From Oscillospiraceae bacterium (GTDB taxonomy: Bacteria > Bacillota > Clostridia > Oscillospirales > Oscillospiraceae), in contig JAGPMA010000001.1 in NCBI GenBank assembly GCA_018053145.1, positions 28,482 to 92,481 on the forward strand: 64,000 bases of DNA, in the 5' to 3' direction. This document shows positions 48,070-55,578 of the stretch, piece after piece; position 1 is the first letter of the stretch, and each line of letters starts with the position of its first letter. Under the pieces are notes generated by a model that was given only the letters and a program-made list of their open reading frames with translations, ran no database searches and was not told the origin of the DNA. The position numbers were made by a program, and so were the translations under genes.

Positions 48070-48093
48070 ATTATTTCAGTAGGAGATGGCACT

Positions 48094-49095
48094 ATGGGGG
48101 TATGGGACTTTATTCAGAATCAAATTCTCGGCATGCAATGGTTGGGTAAGCTCATCGAAGGCGGGCTTACCGCACTTGGACTTGACGTTACGGGTGCCCT
48201 AGGCGGAGGTGTTTGGTTTTTCATTTACGATGTAATTAAAATTACAGTGTTGCTTTGTATTTTGATTTTTATAATTTCATATGTACAAAGCTATTTTCCT
48301 CCAGAGCGCAGTAAAAAGATTCTGGGGAGATTTCACGGGATAGGCGCGAATATCATTGCTGCGCTTTTGGGAACGGTAACGCCGTTTTGCTCCTGTTCTT
48401 CGATACCGCTCTTCATCGGCTTTTCGAGCGCCGGACTGCCTGTTGGCGTGACATTTTCATTCCTTATTTCTTCGCCAATGGTAGATTTGGGTTCGCTTAT
48501 TGTACTGATGAGCATTTTCGGAGGTAAAATTGCGGTTGCTTATGTTATCACGGGACTTGTTATTGCTGTTATCGGTGGAACACTGATTGAAAAGCTTAAA
48601 ATGCAGAAGTACGTGGAGGAGTTTATAACTACAGCAGGCAGCGTAGACATTGAGTCACCGACACTTTCGCAGGGCGAGCGCATGATTTATGCCAAAGAGC
48701 AGGTTGTTTCGACTTTTAAAAAAGTGTTTCCTTATATCCTTGTTGGTGTCGGCATTGGAGCAATAATTCACGGCTGGATACCGCGCAGTTGGGTTGAAAC
48801 GGTGCTTGGCGGAAGCAACCCCTTCTCCGTTATTCTTGCCACGCTTGTAGGCGTTCCCATGTATGCGGATATTTTTGGAACGATTCCTATTGCACAGGAG
48901 CTGTTTTCCAAGGGCGCTCAGCTCGGCACAGTGCTCTCGTTTATGATGGCGGTTACTACCTTAAGTCTGCCGTCGATGATTATGCTGCGAAAAGCTGTTA
49001 AGCCCAAGCTGCTCGCGATGTTTATTGCCATTTGCACGGTTGGAATTATTATTGTAGGCTATTTATTTAATATATTACAAAACATATTGGTTTAA
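48094..49095 (+). CDS. Two-domain permease of the ArsP/PF03773 type
   Basis: About 8-10 TM helices and the conserved TPFCSCSSIP cysteine motif. Located in an ars context. Confidence 0.8.
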   Translation: MGVWDFIQNQILGMQWLGKLIEGGLTALGLDVTGALGGGVWFFIYDVIKITVLLCILIFIISYVQSYFPPERSKKILGRFHGIGANIIAALLGTVTPFCSCSSIPLFIGFSSAGLPVGVTFSFLISSPMVDLGSLIVLMSIFGGKIAVAYVITGLVIAVIGGTLIEKLKMQKYVEEFITTAGSVDIESPTLSQGERMIYAKEQVVSTFKKVFPYILVGVGIGAIIHGWIPRSWVETVLGGSNPFSVILATLVGVPMYADIFGTIPIAQELFSKGAQLGTVLSFMMAVTTLSLPSMIMLRKAVKPKLLAMFIAICTVGIIIVGYLFNILQNILV

Positions 49096-49109
49096 GGAGG
49101 TGAAGGCAA

Positions 49110-49871
49110 ATGGAGAAACTTTGGTATCCTGTTATTGACTACGCGGTCTGTGAGGACTGCGGAACCTGCGCTTTCTTTTGTCAACACGGAGTTTACGACA
49201 AATCAAAAGCACCCTCTGCTGTCGTTATTAACCCTAACGCCTGCGTCGACCATTGTCACGGCTGCGGTAACAAATGTCCAACGGGAGCAATAAGCTACCT
49301 CGGGGACGATACTGGCTGGATGCCGCCTAACGGCAAACAAGGAGCCGGCGAAGCCTGCTGTTCATGCGGCTGCGGGGAGAATTCAAAAAAGGAAGTGCTG
49401 ATTGAGTATCTATATCTCGATCTAAACACCTGCGAGCGATGTATAGGTACGGATAAGGTGCTGGAAGAAGTGATTTCAGGGCTTTCAGGCGCTCTGAGGC
49501 TTGCCGGTTACGAAATCAAGTATAGAAAAATCGAGATTGAAACGGCAGAGCTTGCTAAAGAACATCGGTTTTTATCCTCTCCGACGATACGCGTCAACGA
49601 GCATGATGTTTGCACCTCTGTATCCGAGAATAAATGTGACTGCTGTGCAGAAATCAGCGGCACCGATGTGGACTGTCGTGTGTTTGAATTTGAAGGAGAG
49701 ACTTATGAAGTGCCGCCAAAAGAATTGTTGGCCAAGGCGATACTGAAAGCAGTGTTCGGCAAGCGTTACGGCGAGACTGATAACGCATATGAACTTCCTA
49801 ATAATCTAAAGGCTTTTTTCGAGGGTAAAAATAGCAAAGCCGCATGTTCGTGCGGAGGAAATTGCTGCTAA
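49110..49871 (+). CDS. Cysteine-rich fusion protein: N-terminal 4Fe-4S ferredoxin-like domain plus C-terminal DUF2703-like thioredoxin-fold domain
   Basis: Fe-S motifs CEDCGTCAFFC and CVDHCHGCGNKCP. The LYLDLNTCERCIGT pattern is recalled from memory as DUF2703. CCSCGCG and CSCGGNCC cysteine clusters are also present. Confidence 0.65.
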   Translation: MEKLWYPVIDYAVCEDCGTCAFFCQHGVYDKSKAPSAVVINPNACVDHCHGCGNKCPTGAISYLGDDTGWMPPNGKQGAGEACCSCGCGENSKKEVLIEYLYLDLNTCERCIGTDKVLEEVISGLSGALRLAGYEIKYRKIEIETAELAKEHRFLSSPTIRVNEHDVCTSVSENKCDCCAEISGTDVDCRVFEFEGETYEVPPKELLAKAILKAVFGKRYGETDNAYELPNNLKAFFEGKNSKAACSCGGNCC

Positions 49872-49939
49872 AAAATTAAAATATCAGCAAGGGCATTAAT
49901 ATTTAAAACCAGTTTATATGAATTGAGAGAGGAGACATT

Positions 49940-50284
49940 ATGAAAGTGTTTGCCAGAAAAAAAGAGGAACACACCAGCTGCTGCGGCGAAAACTGCAATG
50001 GCACAACAATGGCTGCGGCGGAAACCGCAAAGACCGAGGGTGCATCAGTAAAAGTGCTCGGCAGCGGCTGTGATAAGTGTAATCAACTTGAAAAGGCGGC
50101 TAAAGAAGCTCTTTCTGAGCTAAAAATGGACACCGCAATAGACCATGTTACAGATTTTACTCAAATTGCGGCCTATGGGGTAATGAGCACGCCGGCTCTT
50201 GTTGTGGATGGGAAGGTCGTTTCATATGGCAAGGCACTGAAGAAGGACGAGGTAATTAAAATACTTAATAAAGTCAGGGGGTAA
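49940..50284 (+). CDS. Thioredoxin-fold protein (redox-active disulfide protein 2 type)
   Basis: VKVLGSGCDKCNQLE CxxC motif and YGVMSTPALVVDGKVV. It has an extra N-terminal SCCGENCNG extension. Confidence 0.82.
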   Translation: MKVFARKKEEHTSCCGENCNGTTMAAAETAKTEGASVKVLGSGCDKCNQLEKAAKEALSELKMDTAIDHVTDFTQIAAYGVMSTPALVVDGKVVSYGKALKKDEVIKILNKVRG

Positions 50285-50288
50285 TGCC

Positions 50289-51350
50289 TTGAAGAAGAGT
50301 ACAGACAGCGGCATTGGCTTTTTTGAGAAATACCTCACAGTTTGGGTGCTATTGTGTATGGCGGCGGGAATTGTTATAGGCAAATTCTTGCCGGGGATTC
50401 CGATTTTTTTGGGAAAGCTTCAATATGCGGGCCAGAATATCCCCATTGCTGTTCTTATCTGGATTATGATTTACCCGATGATGATGAAGATTGATTTCCA
50501 GTCGATTAAAAACGTGCGAAAGCATCCGCTTGGCTTGGTAATATCAACTGGCAACAGCTGGCTGATAAAACCCTTCCTTATGTTTGGGCTTGCAGCCTTG
50601 TTTTTTTACGTAATTTTTAAAGCATTAATTCCAGCCGAAATGGCGCAGGACTATGTAACAGGCGCTGTCCTTCTGGGGGTTGCGCCGTGCACAGCAATGG
50701 TTTTTGTGTGGAGCAATCTTACAAAAGGCGATCCTGCACATACCCTTGTTCAGGTGTCGATTAACGACTTGCTCATTATTGTGCTTTTTGTTCCCTTGAC
50801 ATCGTTGCTTCTGGGCATCAACAAGGTTGCAATACCTTGGGATACGCTTATCTTTTCAATAATTCTTTTTGTTGTCATTCCTTTATCCGCAGGCGCACTG
50901 ACGAGAACGCTGATGATTAGAAAAAGGGGCGAGGAGTATTTCAACAAAAAATTTGTTATCAAGTTTGATGGGATAACAACTGCGGGACTGCTGCTGACCT
51001 TGGTAATAATTTTCACTTTCCAGGGCGGCGTTATTATCGAACACCCGTTTTACGTGCTGCTGATTGCGGTTCCGCTTATTTTGCAGAATGCTATTTCGGC
51101 AAGCTTAGCATATATGCTGTGCAGATGGGCGAAGTTGCCGCATAATATTGCAGCGCCTGCTTCGCTGATTGCCGCATCTGATTTTTTTGAACTGGCTGTT
51201 GCCGTGGCGATCGCCCTTTTCGGGCCGGATTCTCCGGTTGTGCTTGTCTGCACCGTCGGGGTTCTTACAGAGGTGCCAATTATGCTTATGCTGGTTAGAT
51301 TTATTAATAACACAAAGGGGTGGTTCCCAAATGACGATAAGAGCCTTTAG
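50289..51350 (+). CDS. acr3: Arsenite efflux transporter, ACR3 family
   Basis: FFEKYLTVWV N-terminus, 10 TM helices, and the conserved GVAPCTAMV cysteine. TTG start with an AGGGGG RBS. Confidence 0.9.
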   Translation: MKKSTDSGIGFFEKYLTVWVLLCMAAGIVIGKFLPGIPIFLGKLQYAGQNIPIAVLIWIMIYPMMMKIDFQSIKNVRKHPLGLVISTGNSWLIKPFLMFGLAALFFYVIFKALIPAEMAQDYVTGAVLLGVAPCTAMVFVWSNLTKGDPAHTLVQVSINDLLIIVLFVPLTSLLLGINKVAIPWDTLIFSIILFVVIPLSAGALTRTLMIRKRGEEYFNKKFVIKFDGITTAGLLLTLVIIFTFQGGVIIEHPFYVLLIAVPLILQNAISASLAYMLCRWAKLPHNIAAPASLIAASDFFELAVAVAIALFGPDSPVVLVCTVGVLTEVPIMLMLVRFINNTKGWFPNDDKSL

Positions 51351-51849
51351 ACAAGAGGATTGGGAAGGCGTAAACAGAATATATGCCGAGGGCGTGGCAA
51401 CCGGAACAGCGGTGTTTAACACTGCTTTACCGTCATGGGAAAAGTGGGACGCCTCGCATCTTGAGGCTTGCAGACTCGTTGCAGAAGAGCAGGGCTCTGT
51501 TATCGGCTGGACTGCCCTTACTGCGGTTTCTAACAGATGCATGGACTCCGGAGTTGCTGAGGGCAGCATATATGTAGCGGCTGATTTTCGAGGGAAGGGT
51601 GTCGGCAAAGCCTTGCTTCATGCGCTTATTGAAGTCTCGGAGACGGCGGGCTTTTGGATGCTGCAAGCCCAGATTATTCAAGATAACGCAGCAAGCATTG
51701 CGCTTTGCGAAGCCTGCGGCTTTCGCAAAGTAGGCTACCGTGAACGTATAAACCGTGATGCATGCGGAGTTTGGCACAATCTTGTACTCGTTGAGCGACG
51801 CAGTAAGACTGTTGAAGGAAGCGGCTGCAACTGTTGCTGCGGAAAATAA
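51331..51849 (+). CDS. arsN: Phosphinothricin-acetyltransferase-family GNAT (ArsN1-like)
   Basis: PAT-family pattern IRAFRQEDWEGVNRIYAEGV...RGKGVGKALL...N.AS..L....GF. ATG 51331 overlaps the acr3 end by 20 nt. C-terminal GSGCNCCCGK tail. Confidence 0.8.
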   Translation: MTIRAFRQEDWEGVNRIYAEGVATGTAVFNTALPSWEKWDASHLEACRLVAEEQGSVIGWTALTAVSNRCMDSGVAEGSIYVAADFRGKGVGKALLHALIEVSETAGFWMLQAQIIQDNAASIALCEACGFRKVGYRERINRDACGVWHNLVLVERRSKTVEGSGCNCCCGK

Positions 51850-51880
51850 GAGCGTTGAAACAGAGAAAACCTTCAGAAAC

Positions 51881-51918
51881 ACAAACACCCTTATGCGCGT
51901 TTGCATAAGGGTGTTTGT
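51881..51918. terminator. Hairpin, probable bidirectional terminator
   Basis: 16 bp stem (ACAAACACCCTTATGC / GCATAAGGGTGTTTGT) between convergent genes. The T-run is weak. Confidence 0.6.
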
Positions 51919-51961
51919 ACTGATACTGTTGCTACATTACAACTAGCTAGGACTTGGCGCG

Positions 51962-53692
51962 TCAACCGAACAGGTAATTGCTCCCGGGACTTTGCTTGCA
52001 AAGCTTTTTAAGCTTTGCCATATCCTCTGAGAGCTTAAAAATGGTGTCATATTTTTTACTTGAAACAGCTGCAATTGCAATGGACAAAATCGGAAAATCC
52101 TCTTCAATTCCGTGTCTGTTTTTGGTCGTAATGCAACCCCTTTTAAGATCATTTGTGCTATAGTATTCCTTCACGTCCTCGTCAAATTCTTCAATTATAC
52201 TTTTACACAGCGCTTCGGCGTTTTGCGTATCGACGATTGCCATAAAATCATCTCCACCGATATGCCCGATGAAGCCTGCTTCCTCAGATATATTGTTTTT
52301 TAAAATCTTTGTTGTACATTTTATGATTTTGTCACCGTTTTCAAAGCCATAGACATCGTTATATGCTTTGAAATTGTTGAGATCGAAGTAAAGTACGCTG
52401 TAATCAAGGTTTGAATTAATACAGTTCTCGAGCTGCTTTTCAATCAACACATTGCCTGGCAGAGCAGAGAGCGGATTAAGATGCCGTGCGTTGCTGACAC
52501 CAATTTGCAGAGCTTTTTCAAGCAAATCCTTAACGGTTACGATACCGAAATATTTGTCGTCCATGGTGACAGTAACAATATCATACATTTGGTCGTAATC
52601 GCGGCTCATTGCCTTATTTGCAACCGTTTCAATGCTGTCGTGGTAATCCACACGAAGAAATACACGGCTCATAATTGTTTCTATAGCTTTGTTGGAATAA
52701 AGAGAATAGCCATACTGAAAGGAAAGCCGCCGGTATAATTCGTTCCTTGTTATTGTACCTGTTACGTAGCCGTCTTCGGTAACGCAAAGACCGGATATTG
52801 AGCGATCCTTTTCCATTAAATCGAAAACCTGAGAAACCAGTATTTTGGAGTTGATGCTTTTCTGAGGAGTGGATACATTGCATATGTAAATTTCCGAAGA
52901 AACCTTATCGAGCAAATGATTCTTTTTTTCGTTTGCTTCATTAATAGTTGAAAGCACGCTGTTATCCAAGGGCGAAACAACACAGTTAGGTGTCTGCAGA
53001 TAAAAACCCTGACCATAGTGAACGCCGATTTCTATCAGCTTGAGAAGCTCCTGTTTTGTTTCAATGCCCTCAGCTATCAAATATGTATTTGTCAGTGAGG
53101 CAAACTCGGTAAAGCTCCTAACAAGCGACTGCTTTGTAGCATCCTTGTCAATATCTCTTATGAGATTCATATCCAGCTTAATAAAATGCGGATGAATATC
53201 GGTAATCATATTCAGACCCGAATAGCCTGCGCCGGCATCGTCGATGGCTATCCTGTAGTTCTGATTTTTGTAATTGTCAATTGTTGCGATGAAATCCGAA
53301 ACATTGCTGACAACGCCTCTTTCCGTGATTTCAAAGATAACATCCTCAGGATTAATTCCGTTTTGGGCAAGATACTCCTTTGTGAAGCCCTGCTTAAATT
53401 TTTCATCATGGATGACCTTTGGGTTGACATTGAGAAACAATCGAAATTTGGCGTTCATCGCGTGCACCGTTTCAATTGCCTTCATGCGGCAAAGCAGCTC
53501 AAGTTCCCACGCTTTGTCATATTTCTCGGCGCAGTCAAACAAGATAGTCGGATAATACATTTCCGTGTTCACAGGGCCGCGGCTTAGCGCCTCATACCCA
53601 TAAACAGACCCGTCACGCAAGGATACTATAGGTTGAAAAACTGTTTCAATCTGCTTGTTTTCCAATATGCTTAAAAATTGTTCCTTCATCAT
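51962..53692 (-). CDS. c-di-GMP signalling protein with EAL, CBS pair and GGDEF-like domains in that order
   Basis: Intact EAL motifs (EALSRGP, FEITERG, DDAGAGYSGL, IKLD, EGIET, GQGFY). A CBS pair sits in the middle. The C-terminal GGDEF domain carries the variant GGDDF. AAGGCGGAAG RBS before ATG 53692. Confidence 0.88.
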   Translation of the reverse strand: MMKEQFLSILENKQIETVFQPIVSLRDGSVYGYEALSRGPVNTEMYYPTILFDCAEKYDKAWELELLCRMKAIETVHAMNAKFRLFLNVNPKVIHDEKFKQGFTKEYLAQNGINPEDVIFEITERGVVSNVSDFIATIDNYKNQNYRIAIDDAGAGYSGLNMITDIHPHFIKLDMNLIRDIDKDATKQSLVRSFTEFASLTNTYLIAEGIETKQELLKLIEIGVHYGQGFYLQTPNCVVSPLDNSVLSTINEANEKKNHLLDKVSSEIYICNVSTPQKSINSKILVSQVFDLMEKDRSISGLCVTEDGYVTGTITRNELYRRLSFQYGYSLYSNKAIETIMSRVFLRVDYHDSIETVANKAMSRDYDQMYDIVTVTMDDKYFGIVTVKDLLEKALQIGVSNARHLNPLSALPGNVLIEKQLENCINSNLDYSVLYFDLNNFKAYNDVYGFENGDKIIKCTTKILKNNISEEAGFIGHIGGDDFMAIVDTQNAEALCKSIIEEFDEDVKEYYSTNDLKRGCITTKNRHGIEEDFPILSIAIAAVSSKKYDTIFKLSEDMAKLKKLCKQSPGSNYLFG

Positions 53693-53920
53693 ATTGTCAC
53701 TTCCGCCTTTCGGCTTTCTACGCCCCATCGTCCTGTTTCCTTCCGAATACGCTTTGATAGAATAATTATATATGATGTTTGTAAAATTTCTAATCAGCGT
53801 AATGTAAAAAGCTTGTAAACAAGCTTTCGCCTCCTTACAAAGCAGTTATCCTTGGAACGCAGGCTGCGTAAGCTGAGCAATAAGTTCTTTTGCTGCAATA
53901 GTTTCCTTTAGGAGGGCATT

Positions 53921-53955
53921 AAAAAAACACCGCCGTGTCAACGGCTGTGTTTTTT
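53921..53955. terminator. Intrinsic terminator after the EamA gene
   Basis: ACACCGCCGT / ACGGCTGTGT stem with one mismatch, flanked by A7 and T6 runs. Confidence 0.7.
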
Positions 53956-53966
53956 AATTATTCAAG

Positions 53967-54845
53967 TCAGCCTTGCTCGGTCAAAACAGAGGCTTTTTTC
54001 AATGCAGGAGAGTTTTTGCCCTGCCAAATACACCATAAGGTGATGGACACGATTACAACTAGTCCGCCGATAAGTGCGAAAAAGCCGGGAGCCTCTCCAT
54101 TAAAAACAAAGACCCAAAGCGGATTGAGCAGCGGTTCCATTGCCCCAAGGAGGGAGCAGGCCAGAGGCGGACAGTTTTTGCTTGATAGAGTCAGTAATAT
54201 ATAAGGAATACCAAGCTGAACAATTCCGAGACCCAAGATACAAAGGATTGCCGGGGTGCTTATAGGCGTTGAGGTGAAAAAGGTTACGGGAATACCAATT
54301 GCCGCGGTGAACAAATGCCCGAGAAGCATTCCTCCCATTTTTGTTTCTTCGTCGACTTTGCCGATGGCAAGATACATTCCCGCCATAAAGGCTCCTGCCA
54401 AAATTGCGATACAGTTGCCGAGAAGATAGCCGCCTGAGAGCTTGTCAAAAAAGAAAAGAGCGATACCGCCCATGGTGAAGAGCACAGCGATTAAATCCGC
54501 ACGACGGAACTTGTCGTGAAATAGAACGGCTGAGAAAACCATGAGAAACAGCGGAGCGGTGAACTGCAGAACAATAGCGTTTGCGGCGCTTGTGAGTTTG
54601 TTGGCTGTGACAAAGGAAAAGAAGGTCAAACACATCAAAAGACCCATTGTAACCGCGCGAAAATTGAATTTAAATTTGATATTCCAAATTTTTAGGAAAA
54701 GAAGAACAGTTCCGGCAGAAATGAGACTACGCCAACCGGCAATGACGAAGGGGTTCCACGGGATGAGCTTTATAAAGATACCCGCGGTGCTCCACATGGT
54801 TGCGCACACGAGCATTTGCAGTATTGCTTTGCGTTTTGGATCCAT
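53967..54845 (-). CDS. DMT superfamily (EamA) transporter
   Basis: 292 aa with 10 predicted TM helices in two EamA-like halves. Confidence 0.85.
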   Translation of the reverse strand: MDPKRKAILQMLVCATMWSTAGIFIKLIPWNPFVIAGWRSLISAGTVLLFLKIWNIKFKFNFRAVTMGLLMCLTFFSFVTANKLTSAANAIVLQFTAPLFLMVFSAVLFHDKFRRADLIAVLFTMGGIALFFFDKLSGGYLLGNCIAILAGAFMAGMYLAIGKVDEETKMGGMLLGHLFTAAIGIPVTFFTSTPISTPAILCILGLGIVQLGIPYILLTLSSKNCPPLACSLLGAMEPLLNPLWVFVFNGEAPGFFALIGGLVVIVSITLWCIWQGKNSPALKKASVLTEQG

Positions 54846-55068
54846 AGCTTTTACCTCGGAGTGTTACAGTATTACACAATTATATTATCATAGCATATCT
54901 TTTCAAAATGGCAAGCGTTGAATTACACTATCTTTTATTAAAGAAGGCGGAAAGTCGGAATTTTCAAGAGAATAGCTGCTAGTTAGAGCTTCAATTAAGA
55001 GAAAAAAGCAATGTAATCTTGAATAAAACTAAGCTCCTCTTTTATGAAAAAAAGAATAAACGTTCCTG

Positions 55069-55097
55069 TTGACATGAAAGCTTGAGGGGAGTAAACT
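55069..55097 (+). promoter_or_regulatory. Putative promoter of the marR-MFS operon
   Basis: TTGACA, 17 nt spacer, TAAACT. Confidence 0.5.
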
Positions 55098-55101
55098 AAT
55101 A

Positions 55102-55130
55102 GTTGTTCGTGCAACAGTTGCAAAAGCAAC
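55102..55130. promoter_or_regulatory. Tandem palindromes, candidate MarR operator
   Basis: GTTGttcgtgCAAC-a-GTTGcaaaagCAAC immediately downstream of the -10 box. Confidence 0.5.
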
Positions 55131-55150
55131 AACGCTAGGGGGGATAAAAA

Positions 55151-55564
55151 ATGCTGATGAGCAATTTGTCGATTATTGTTAGAGGTAGTCAGGTTTATTC
55201 AACACGAAAACTCACTGGTTTTGGGATAAATTCCGCCGAAGAATATATTCTTATGTACCTAATGGGGCACAAGGATGCCAATCAGGACGCAATAGCAAGG
55301 TTTTTTATGCTGGATAAGGGCAGCGTTGCCCGAAGCCTACAAAAGCTTGAAGGGAAGGGGTTTATAACCCGAAAGGTTAACGATGAAAACCAACGCGAAA
55401 AGGTCATTGCACTAACGGATAAGGCTATCAGCCTTCAGGCTGTGCTGAGCGAACTGCTGGTTGATTGGAGAAATGCTATGTACGAGGGACTTACCGAAGA
55501 AGAAATTGCGGTTTTTGAAAAGACTGTAGATAAGGTTGCGAACAATATAACAAAAATACTTTAA
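55151..55564 (+). CDS. MarR family transcriptional regulator
   Basis: Winged HTH pattern (QDAIARFFMLDKGSVARSLQKLEGKGFITR). 137 aa. Confidence 0.88.
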   Translation: MLMSNLSIIVRGSQVYSTRKLTGFGINSAEEYILMYLMGHKDANQDAIARFFMLDKGSVARSLQKLEGKGFITRKVNDENQREKVIALTDKAISLQAVLSELLVDWRNAMYEGLTEEEIAVFEKTVDKVANNITKIL

Positions 55565-55578
55565 AAGGGGATTCTTAA

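Noticed and set aside
51105-51906. Minus-strand ORFs (167 aa and 157 aa) across acr3/arsN, and the 51169 upstream extension of arsN
   Set aside because: The minus-strand ORFs are antisense to recognisable acr3 and PAT-family genes. The arsN homology starts only at ATG 51331, and the upstream extension lies inside acr3 in another frame.
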